Shown one piece after another: positions 38,128-50,100 of a stretch of 64,000 nucleotides of DNA. The stretch comes from Yuukianura sp. NJ FZ-2021. Taxonomy: Eukaryota. The position numbers were made by a program, and so were the translations under genes. The notes under the pieces are model-generated. The model worked only from the letters and a program-made list of their open reading frames with translations. It was not told the origin of the DNA and did no database searches. The stretch lies in assembly GCA_046563655.1 (NCBI GenBank), contig CM102285.1:4836001-4900000 (forward strand), in the 5' to 3' direction. Each line of letters begins with the position of its first letter. Within the stretch, counting starts at the first letter, position 1.

Positions 38128-41100
38128 ATGATGAGGGAGATGGACACCTTGGAGTCACCGTCAATTCCTTGCTCAAATCCCGTGCAGTACGGTGATTCCT
38201 CAAATACGCGCTCACGCAGCGGAAGACGCCCAGAGAATGACAATGACGCGGTACTGCCATCGGATGACTCAGGCCGTAATGAAATCGTGCAACACTTTAA
38301 TTCGAAGAACTCAAAGTTACTCGCGTTCTTTATCATCTGTGGATTCGTTCTTTATCATACCATTCTTCGCCTTACTCATGGTGATTTTCTATCTATTAAT
38401 CAATCAATCAATGTTATTATACGACAAGTACTACCTACCAGTGAACCGGTATTGTCCCCATAAAATTCAACGATAGCCATTCCCTAACAAGACGACATTT
38501 GAAGTTCCGTAAGCCTATCACTTGACAAGGTTTACAAACGTTAACGTTACACCTATCGTTTTATGTAAAATGGTATCTCATGGCATTTTACTAAATCCTC
38601 ATCCTTAGCTTTTCTGCATTAAGCCTTTTCCGTATTAAGTTAAGGTAATAGTCACATAGAAAAAAGAATTGTCACTGGTTTTGTTTCAGGATTGGACTCT
38701 TGTAAATGGCTACTGTCTGATGGCAACTACAGAGATCAAGTCTGGCAACCATACGGATGCATGTTGCACCGTTACTCACGTATGTACGTGCCCACCTCAA
38801 CTTCATTTTTAATTTAGTTTATAATAATTAGTCATGTTCTATTTGCCTTGGTTGTTTTTTTTTGAAAAATCGGAGTTATGAGGACATTACCTCTTACGGC
38901 ATTTGTATAAATGGTTGCTGTAGCAACCTTGGCGTAGGGTACTCCCAGCTCCATGCGTGCAGAGGGTCAGAGTCAGAATTACTGGCTTGACTTTGTACAA
39001 CTCTTCGGAAGCCTCCTTCCAGGAAATACGATCTTACGTTTGTTTGTTCGTTAGGGATGCTCGTCTTTGTTTGAGATACGTGGAGTACTGGGGAGGGAGA
39101 AACCACTTCGTTTTCATCGGTGATTCTCGGATGGAACAACTATACCACGCCTTTATTCATCAGATATCACCAGTGAATCATGCAAGATTCAATTCACCGC
39201 ATCCACCCAGCGCCGAGTTACTGTCAAAAAACAAAATGTCTGGAACTGATGAAGGATTTGAGTTTCCGTACGGCAACCTATTCCTGAGTGATTTGTGTTA
39301 TAATGACACCCGCCTAGGATTTCTTGCCCAATTCGTCTGGTGTCCTTATGCTAACAAGAGCATGGTAATTGCTCTTCAGCATTTACAAGCTGCCAAGGAA
39401 AAGCCCAGTGTAGTTGTCATTGGAAGTGGTGGATACTCAATTAAAGACTCGAATTCAATGGATCTGAATGCACTCGAAGACCACACAGCCGGTCTCGCAC
39501 ATGTAGTCCTGGTAAGCCTGTTCATAACACTATTAAATGCTAGTAGTAATCAGCCATAGTTTCGTACCTAGGTGCAGCTAGGCAGCTTGGTACAGGCAAC
39601 AAGGCAAACCTCGCACTCACATATAACATAAAAGACGTATCCAGAAATTCTCAAAAAGTACCTCAACACCGCGAAAACGTATAGTGAACATTTGTTCATT
39701 TTTGCCAGACTTAGTAGTTTAGTTAATTTATACATATTTAAGTTTTTTAATTTTCCGACAATGAATTTGACGTCAGTGGTCACTCCTAAATCATTCACAT
39801 CAGAATGTGAATAACAATATTTACGACTTAAGGCCCTCAATATGCAGAATTTCGTTTTTCAACTCAACTCAAATGCCAACGTACAAATTGGCTTAGAAAT
39901 TAATATGTCGCTGGAAAGAAGTGTATTGGCACAATGTCGTCAAAAAAAGCCTTTGAAATATGCACGAAGTTTCGCACCAATTTATGCCAGTCAGCAGAAC
40001 CGTGGCAATAAAATATGCTGGATGTTGGATTTAATGAATTAAGCATTAGATTAAAGTCGTTTAAAGTAGAGTTTAGCACATATGGTCACAATTGCTACAA
40101 ATTTCTAACAAAAATAGGTTTATTAGTGTATATATATTAGTTTTTGATTTTTATTGAAAAAAAACTGGGTTTTGGTTGAAACCATGGGTTTTTTGGTTTA
40201 AATCAAAGTTTGGTTAAAATTACAAATAAAGCACACAAAAAGTCTGCAGTTGGCTGCGAATTGAGTTGTTATCCGAGTTTTAATCGCAGGTTGCTTGCAA
40301 AAGAAGAAACTAAAGATTAAAATAGCTATAGAAAGTGAAAACTGGGAAAGCACCATGCTATTATGCACTTTGGTATTTTTTTCGAGAAACCTCTAAGATT
40401 TTCAATTTTTTCCGCTTTTACGTGGCAAATTGTGTTTGGAATTTAAACCGGTTTTTATTTTGAAAAAAAAAACACTTGGTTTTAAACCATGATTTAAATT
40501 AATTGGTTTAAACCAATCCCCCTGAACAAAACCTTCAGTTCTTTTTAGGGAAAAAAAATTTCTGTTTCCAATTTTTTTTTCTCTAAATTTCTCTGGTGAT
40601 GCGCGTCTCATAGTCGAGAAAATACGTACTAATTGTTTATTGCACCGAAATCCAATTGCACTAAAATTCAACTCCGTTGAAATTCAGTTGTAATAGTAAA
40701 AATCAAATGCAGTTAAGCCTAGACCGTTGCAGATAAATTATGATTATTAACTTTAACCTTAATTCTTTTGTTTTAGCACATCGACAGTCTGGCGGAGAGT
40801 AGCCGCTTGTTGTGGGTGTTACAGGAGCCGGTTGATCCTGAAAAACTGAACGAAAACTGGACATCTATTACAAATGACCGGATCGATCTATATAACAAAC
40901 GGTCCGAAAGGGTATGAATTGTCATTTTTGTTAAATTAGTCATAGGGGAGGATGGGGGCAGGTGAATCACTTTTTGTTTAAAAATCGATAAAAAATTACC
41001 AGTATTTTTTTTAATTTTTCTGTAAACGGGATTTCATTAACTATGCATTTGGTAAGGTATTTATAATTATTTTACATTTTTAAACATTTCGATATTCTTT

Positions 41101-44100
41101 TAAAAAACGTTTTTGTAAAAACTGGGAAGTGATTCACCTGACCCCACTCTATGGGGGCAGGTGAATCAGGTCATGGGGTCAGCTGAATCACTGGCTTCAT
41201 TTAATCAAATGTGAAGAAAACTTCAAATTTTCTGTTAAACAATGCTAGCGCAAACTGTTCTGAATTGCTTCAAAGTGGTTGCCGGTTTACATTAATTAAA
41301 TTGCCAGTAGAATTAATTTTTTTGCAATTCACAGTTTTTTGGTACGTTCTTGGAAGGATTTCGACAAAAAAAAATGAAAAAATCGTTTTATGACGTAAAA
41401 ACGATTAAAAACTACAAAATACGCCAGTTAAATTGATCTTCCACCATAGTCTAAAAAATGTATTTTTTTAAGCTATAATGTACTATCCAATAGCGTGTGA
41501 TTCACCTGACCCCACCTCCACTTTTTTCATTAAACACAGTTCGGCTAGTCATGCATCACTGAAAAAAATCAACTGTTATGATCTACTCGTGCAGAATCGA
41601 TTCAGGAACCTATTTCTATAATCAAAATACCAGAGATTCACCAGGTTTAGGTGTGCTGTGTGATTTAGTGCTAACATGAAGATTTTAGTATTGCCTTTTT
41701 TTCGACCAATTCTTCTTTAAAAAAATCTGGGCGATTACCAGGCAAATTAATTTCGCTACTGACACTTGTGTTATAAAGAAATATGCATGATGTGTATAAT
41801 TGTGAATTTTTCCGATTTTTAAACTGCATTTAAAACAAAATTATTTAGGGTGATTCGCCTGACCCCATGATTCACTTGCCCCCATCCTCCCCTACTCATA
41901 AGTTAGCCAAATTAGCACCTCAATAACAATTCTGAAATCTTCCGTGTAAACTCGATGACATGGGCCAATGAATTCTTTCCAACCGCGTTCTTTCCAAGAG
42001 TTTGCTGAAGATTACAATTACAAGTGTAGAGAAACGAGTCTTCACTCCATTTTCTTCTCGAACGATTTAAAACGAAAAAAGTTTCGGATCAAAACCTACT
42101 CAATTTTTATGCAATTTTTTCTCCTGTTTATCCAATTTTTTTTTACCTTCTGCAGTTTGGCCGGGGTTGTGTTTGATAGAAATTATATACAAAATACAAC
42201 ACGGTTCGCTCCACAACCTGTACAATTATTGTCAAGCAGATGTTATTTTAATCTTATACGTCTCGTACGTAATGTTGTATAGCATGAAGTTCAACCAGAA
42301 TACACGAGTTAACAACTTGTACTTGTACGACTCCATGTATTCTGGTGGGACGACTCAGATCTACATTCGCTATGTTCACACCGGTACGTTATAGCCAGAG
42401 CCGCAAAAAATATGTTGTTAAAACCAGTGAAATATGTATGTAAATATGTACTAAAAATCACTGAAGTATTTTTTATTTTACGATATATTTAGCTATTTCC
42501 TAAAAATTACTACTAAACTGTACCATGGATGCGAGTTTTACAAAACACATATTCCAATTAGAAACGCTTTTGAGAGGATGCTAGGCGTACATTAGCCAAC
42601 ACGTGTCCAGCGTACATCAGAGTAAGTGTACATTAATTCATCCGTACGCTTATACCTAGTTTTTTTTCTGGAATTGGTTTTGAAGCGTACATGCATTTGT
42701 TTAAGTGTGCGGCTTTTTGCACGTACGATCAATTGACTGTACCCTTAGCCATTTAAAAACGTTTAGCGTTTAAAACTTACTGCAATTAGAAAAAAAAAAG
42801 TTGAAAATAATGCGCGAAAAGGGTGATTTTTCATTACAGGAACTGTTTTAAAAATTCGAAATTGTACAATAATTTTGCCACCTATATCTCTCTTTGCTAT
42901 GTAGTGCTGATTGCGGGAAAATATACGTAAAACACATTACATTGATATTGGTCTACTCAATCGCCGATAGGGCAAAATTGGCCTGAAATGTGAGAAAATC
43001 TTCCAAAATTCGCCGAAAATACCTCTTTTTTTGCGAAATTCTGAGAATATTTTGTTAAATATTTTTTATATTTTTTTCGAGAAATATTTTTTAAAAATAT
43101 AAAAATATGTAATATGGAAAAAAATATGTTTTGCGGCTCTGGTTATAGTGAACTATAAGGCAGTTTAGTTATTAAAACTAAGCATCGTCTTACCCTAGGT
43201 GACTTCCTTCTGGGTCAAAGGTTAACTTTTGCATTTTACCGTTCCTAACTAATTAATAGTCCACTATGACTCATCAATCATCCGTTCTATTTGATTTGGC
43301 CAAAAAGTGAAATGACCAAAATTGGAAAGACTAGAAGAAAAAAGGCTAAAAAGAAAAATGAAACTCAGGTAACCTAGCCTAAGGTTTTTCCAATTCTGCC
43401 CCTTTCACTTTTAGACATTTTACGTTTGGCCAAAAAATTTATTGCCGTTTGCCCCGCTGTCCAATCATAATAGCGGCCCGGTAGGAGGAGCCGTTCGCGA
43501 TTGCAATACCGCCATTTGTCGCTACTTTCCTTCACTCCGGGTTACAGCCAGATTTATTTACATTGTGTTTGAGTGAGGAGACGAGTTACATGGAACTAAC
43601 GAATACATAAACTCCGGTAGTAAAAGTACTTAAATACGTAGCTCATCGTTTTATTTTACAACACGTAACCACTAACGAATGTTGGTTGGTATGATTGTAT
43701 CTCCTTCTTACGATTTATCTACCACCTTAAATGTAATTTTGCAGGTACTAAAGTATTCAAGAGGTGATGTTTGGTCAAGTGCCCGATCCGTCGCAACGGA
43801 AAACATTGCCGAGAGTCTGGATGGATTTCACTTAGGCCCTAAAACACTTTTCCAAGACGGCCAGGTTTGCTCTTATTAGTTATTTCCTTAATGCTAGTTT
43901 TAAGTGTTAAGAAAACACGCAATCCTGTACTGCCGTTCAATTTTTAGATATTGTTGAACATGTATTGCAATGACAATATGAATTACAACGACGCCACTTG
44001 CTGTAGTAGCTCGGAAAAAATAAGTAACCTCCAAGTAATTGCTTTTGTCATTCTTCTTATGTGGTATGTTGACAAAGATCCTTACGATTAATAGAATTAT

Positions 44101-47100
44101 GAATCAAATCCAGATATTATTTGACCTGTAACTGTGTTTGCAGTTGTGTTTTAGCGTGTGTTCTAGTCATTCGACATCACTGTGATATACTACGTTGGAA
44201 AAGTGGACGCAAGTACACAAGAGTAAATAATGATTTCAGTCGTATGCAGGAGCCTATAGTGGTTTCTATACGACCTTCGCTGGCCCCTGATCTACCAGAT
44301 TGCTACGCCATTTTTACATCTCTAGCCAAGCTGACCCTCATTTTATCCTTCTTCTTTATATGTGATCGGTATGCAATTCAAACTTCAAATGTTTTTTAAT
44401 GTGCTCCTATAAATGCGATTGTAGAAACGTGTACTACCTTCCTTTTCTTAAAATCGAAAATAACAACCCGCCTTCAAAAGTTTTAATACTAAAAAAACGC
44501 CTCTGCGCTGTCCGTTGATTTGGAACAACCTTTACGTATTTACGAAGTTCTGCAGTTTTCCTTCCTTTGGTTGCGGTAAAGGAGAAAGTATCATTTGGAA
44601 CCAAACAGTTAGTTAGCCACCCAGCGGTGTTTACATTGTTACATTGTTAAATAACTCCAATTAGTTTATAACCTAGTTACCTTGGAGATGTAGAACAATT
44701 TTTGAAATTGAAAAGAACGTAGCCGGGTTAGTCCGTGAACCTGGTTACTACGGAATACTTGATGGGTTGCTTGCCTGGACGCAAGGCAACTGCAGCTAGT
44801 CTACTTTAAAGCGTGTAGCCACTTAAAGTTGGGCATTCTTAAAGGAAACATGGCAGGATAGCTCGGTCCAGCTCCGACGCACTCTTTTTACATAGTACAT
44901 GCACTTAGTATGTAAAACAGCCGTAGCATAATGTTGGCAGGCTCCGTGCTTGTACGCTGTTAAGGATTGCGCGGTAGGAATTCGAAATTCGGTATTCGAA
45001 AGCGATATTATAAGCTAATTGCTTTCATTGGCGCATTTCCATCCAAAGCTGTGCGTTTAACCTGTCGACAATGCCATTTCTCGGAACTAAAATTTGTGTG
45101 TAAATTTTCTAGTACCACGATGTTTATGAAAGAAAACAAGTATTTTACTCAAACGAACTTCTGGCTTCCCGTAATATACATACTGGTGCTTGGTATATTC
45201 TTTACGGAGGATAGTAATTACACCAAAGTCTTGCATCCTGACCAAAACGAAGAGGTCAGAGGTATGTTTTTCAATATGCAATTACCTTTGTTAATCATTC
45301 ATAATATTTGTCGCTTTTAACTGTTTAAAACGTGTTTCAATATTTATGTTTTCGTGTTGGTTATTTTAGGTTGGATGGTGCTTACGATTTTGGTTTACAA
45401 CATGATGGGCGCTAGTCAAGTCTTGCCGATTTATTTGTTTGTGAAAACTCTCTACTCTGCGTTGCTGTTTCTCCATGGCTGGAATCAATTTCTCACATTC
45501 CTTCAGCGAGGTGATTTCACTCTGGTGACGTGTCTTCAAGATTTGTTCAGACTTAACATCATGACTGTCCTACTGTGTGTTGTAATGAACAGACCTTACC
45601 AATTCTACGAATTTGTAAGATCAGCTACAACCTAATGTTATTGTAAATGATAGTTTATGGGTATTTTCATTTATATACTGAATTAATTAGGTACCGTTGA
45701 TATCATACTGGACCGTAGTAGTGTATATCGCCATGAGCATTCCTCCTAGGATTACATGGGCCAGCTGTGAAGCGAACTCCTTGAACTACCTGTACCTCGT
45801 ATTCAAAATCATTGGAATTTTGAGTGTCACTACCATTCTTTACATATCCGAGGTGATAAACTTAATATACTGTAACTCTAAGATATGAAAATATTTAGAA
45901 ATTCTCCTTTGGTTTTCTCTCATTGCCCACCAACTATAATATGTCCATGTTATTCATACGTACTACCATAAGTACCATCAATGTTTAATATGTTACACGG
46001 TACACGGTGTATGGGGTGTTTGGTATTGTGAGTACGGAGTATATGGTGTGGTCTATACCACTATGGTATGTGCACCTACCGTATCATAATGGATCATGTT
46101 ATCGTAGCCATAGTTCATTGTTACCGCGCGGTTCGTCAAACGAAAAGCACTTGTTAGTGCACCTCCCAACACTCATTTATACAACACAAATAACATTGTT
46201 CTATATAATGTGCAGCACAACATTTTTCAATTGTGCAGTTTCGTTTCCAACTGCGGGGAGCATTGTGTTAACACATGAAGCAATTTTCCCGCAGGTTTCC
46301 TTGGTGGTCTCACGGTCTAACGTGCACTCAACATGTTTAAACGTTTGTTTATGTTTTGCAGGTTTTTTTCGAAAAGGTTTTCGTGACAAGGCCATGGAAG
46401 GCTCTCTTCGTTACCACGGATGACGATATACATGACTGGTGGACAAGATGGAAAGTGGATCGATACAGCTTGGTGTTGGGAATGGTTGCGGCCTTTGCGT
46501 TCCACATGGCAAGACGTTCCAAGATCCTGAAAGACGATAACCACGGAAACTTGTTTTCTATGCGGCTCTGTCTACTTGTGGTTCTATTTTCCATTGGAGG
46601 TATCGGAGCTTATGCAGTATTTTCTTGCCTTTGTCGTAACCAAATGGAATGCCTCGAGATCCACTCATATATCTCATTTATTCCGGTAAGTAAAGCTCTT
46701 GATGGTACGTGAGTAATTCTGAGCCTGCGCTACGTTTTATGTTGATTAATAAAGTAGTTAGGAGTAGATTACTATGTTTTAGTCAGCTGTGAAAAAATTG
46801 AAACCTTCGTTCTGAGAAAAGTTTGCAGTATCCCACTCACTCCTTGGAATCCTAATTTTCCCGTGTCAAATTACATAACGGAAAGGTTCAAAGATTTCTC
46901 AATTCAAAATGGAGGAGCAATCGCGGAAAGCTTAAGCATTCAGGATTGACAGACAAGCGGCTCAAAACCAAATTTCACAATCGACAAAATAAAGATTTTA
47001 AAAAGAATGATTGTGTCTGGAAACATTCGCTGTACTGTTAACCCTGAAGGCTACAAAAATTCTACCCTGTACTAATCGTTAATGAGATCCCATGACGTCC

Positions 47101-50100
47101 ATACCTTGCATTTCAAACCCGGAGCGGAACTATTCTCATCTTAAGTTTGGAATTTTCCTTCCGGTGTCAGGTGTTAACCTGGGGCTCTTGGCAGGGTCAC
47201 GGGCAAAACAGTACTTCATGTGAAAATAATACGCAACATTCGCACTTTAGTTTTATAGTTTTGCAGAATTCCAGTAAAAAAAAATCGGACTAACCTACAA
47301 CAACTGACTCGCGAAATTTAGCGCTTCGTCCGGCCGCGGCTCAGGCTTATTCCTTGCCTATACTCATGTAGTGGCTACAGTGTAACAACAAAACTAATAT
47401 GTGTTTTTTTCTTGACAGATTTTGTGTTATATTTTACTCCGAAATGTTTCCGGGATTTTAAGAACCAGATTCTCCACCTTTTTTGCATGGTTTGGGCAAT
47501 TCTGGATCGAGCTTCTTGTTGGACAGGTTGGTTTCGTATAAAGAAAACGCTACTGTTAGTGAGGGTAGAATGAATAGGATGCTCTTGCTCAGGCTTGGTT
47601 AATTCATCCTATTTGATCGGCGCATACGAGGGCTGTTCAGTAACTTTCAAACTGAACTTAAGAAAAACTGGGCAAAAGCAGACTCTGAAAAGTTCAGGAA
47701 AATCTGGGCTTTTAACCCTTTGTTTAATGGATGAAAGTTAATTGATGATGAACAATTAATTGTCTGAATGTGTTAGGTCGAGTACTTAGGCATGGTACCG
47801 TGTGTGACAACGTGCTAAGACTCACTTATGCTAACTGAGTTGAACAGAACAAAAGCCCTAAACTAACTGCGTAGTAGAGGGAGGGGCTAAGAGGCCTGAA
47901 ATTGTGGGATTTTTGAATGTAAAGTAAGCGGTAATTTTGAACTGAAAAACCTAGTGGAATTCACGTGGCAATTCCACAAACATTCCCCGACGTTGGTGGA
48001 TTTAGGAAATCCACCAAGGAAAACTTGAAAATTAACCGGAAATGAAACGGGGTTGCTTGTGAAAACACGCAGGCGTGAGAACTTAAGTGTTTAGAAGAGA
48101 GAGAGAATAAATTTAAATTAAATCTAAATTATAGAAATCTAAATTTAAAGTTAAATCTAACTCTACTCGAAATTTGAAAAGAAAAGTTAAGTCTAGTTGA
48201 TGCTGTAGACTGATGCAGTGACGTCTTCATCGGTTGGCAGAGGAGCTAGTCGAGTGAAGGGACGTCGGTAGAGTTTGGTTAAGTTCCATTCGAGGAGACT
48301 TGAGACTTCGAGAGAGGACGGGATGACGGCTTCTGATGTTGAATGCCGACATCTGACGACTGCTGCCTACTCGAGTGTTGTTGCTGTTGTCCAAGAAGGG
48401 GGAGAGAAAGCGGACGTTTCCCTTGACCTGCTGCTTCTGGGCACAAAAGTTGATTTCTTCTGGAAAACAGGCTTTCTGGACCACCTTGACGAGTGCAAGT
48501 TGGGCCTGATCCAGTTTGTTTGAAGTGAGCGGTGCAGAGGTCGGCATCGCTGGGATTTGAGTTGAGGCGGATGTTGACCCTGGGCAAGGTGAGACTGCAG
48601 TGGTCACGACTTTTCCAGAGTAGAGTTGAGGAGGTAGAACATCTGCCTTGAATGGTTGTGGTAAAGAGTGTTCCGGGTCCCTGTAGCTTTGCTGAGATGC
48701 TTCCAAACTTTTGTCGTTTGGGTCACAAGTGACGTGACACGAGGTGACGCTGGAAGTAGAGGTGTGGCTTGTGCTGAGCGGTGAAGTCCCAGTGAGGAAC
48801 CAGCCAAAACGAGAGTCTTGGGCGAGTGGTGTCCCTGGCGCTCCAGATCTGATTCCGGGCAGGAGTACTTGAGCAGTAGCTTCTGCACCGAGTAAAATGT
48901 CAATGGATGACGGAATGTTGAAGTCAGGGTCAGCCAGAGAGAGACCGTCCAAGTGAGGAAATGACCCCTGACATTCGGAGCGTGGAAGTTGTCCAGTGAG
49001 GCGAGGCAGAATGAGAGCCTTAACTGGAAAGATAAAATTGTCATAACGTGAGTGCAATTTGAAATTTACCGCACCACGAGTGGAGCCGCCAGATGATCCT
49101 CCGATTCCAGTCACACTGATGCATGACTTCTGCCGCCTCAAGTTGAAACGGTCAGCGAAAGCTTCTGAAACGAAGTTGGATTCGGAGCCGGGGTCCAGGA
49201 AGACACGACAAGGTTGACGTTCACCGTTCTGGTCAACGACTCTTGCGACGACAGTAGCCATCAGAACCACTTTGGTAGTGGGTGCCGTAGAGGACGAGTG
49301 ATGGGACTGGACATGTTCGTCAGACGAAGAGGTTGACTGAAATGCAGAGGGTGGAGACCTTGGTGCTGAATTTGTAGTTGAATTTGAGTCAGAACTTGAC
49401 TCAGATGATGAGCTGAGACTGCGATGACGGACGTGAGCGTCAAAGTGGAGAAGGGTGTTGTGACGTTTTGAGCACTTGGAACACACCCCTTCACTTTTGC
49501 AGTCTCGAACTTGATGGTTTGAGCGTAAACAATTGATACAAATTTTCTTCTTATGGGCGAAAGTAGTTCGGTCATGGGGACTCAATTTGAGAAAATCCGG
49601 ACATTTGTAGATCCGGTGGGTCTGGTCATCACATTGTGGACATGCTGACTTGCCTTTGGTTTGCCCTGTAATCGTGTGATGAGCAGTGGATGATGAAGGG
49701 CTTGACTTCCGCTTTGATGACGGTGATGATGGTGTTGGAGTGAGGGCATTGGCTCTTTTCTCCAAAAACTCCATGAACGGAGGAAGAGTAGGAAGTTCGT
49801 CGTCAGTGGTCAGTAACCACTGTCTTCTCGTCTCTGGATCAAGTTTGAGATGGGCCCAGTAGACGATGAAGATATCCCAATCGGTCACGTTGACGTTGAG
49901 GATCTTGAGGGAGCGGAGACATTGGTTGATTGTGTCGACCAACTTGAGAATCCCCTTGGATGTGTCTGGAACAGACTGAATAGAGAAAAGTTTAGTTAAA
50001 TGAGAAAAGATGATTTCTCGTTTCTTGTTGAAACGTTTCTCAACCAATTCCCATGCTTCAGCGAAACTGAGATTGTTGAGTGGGAATGAAGAAGCGATGG

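Noticed and set aside
43280..43447. Further decayed variable-arm foldback members (also ~51350-51450)
   Set aside because: Arm-like repeats are present but there is no core hairpin or TSD, so they were not counted as copies.
48275..49575. Antisense and alternate-frame ORFs overlapping the BEL ORF
   Set aside because: Expected shadows of a long Ser/Pro-rich ORF; no independent motifs.
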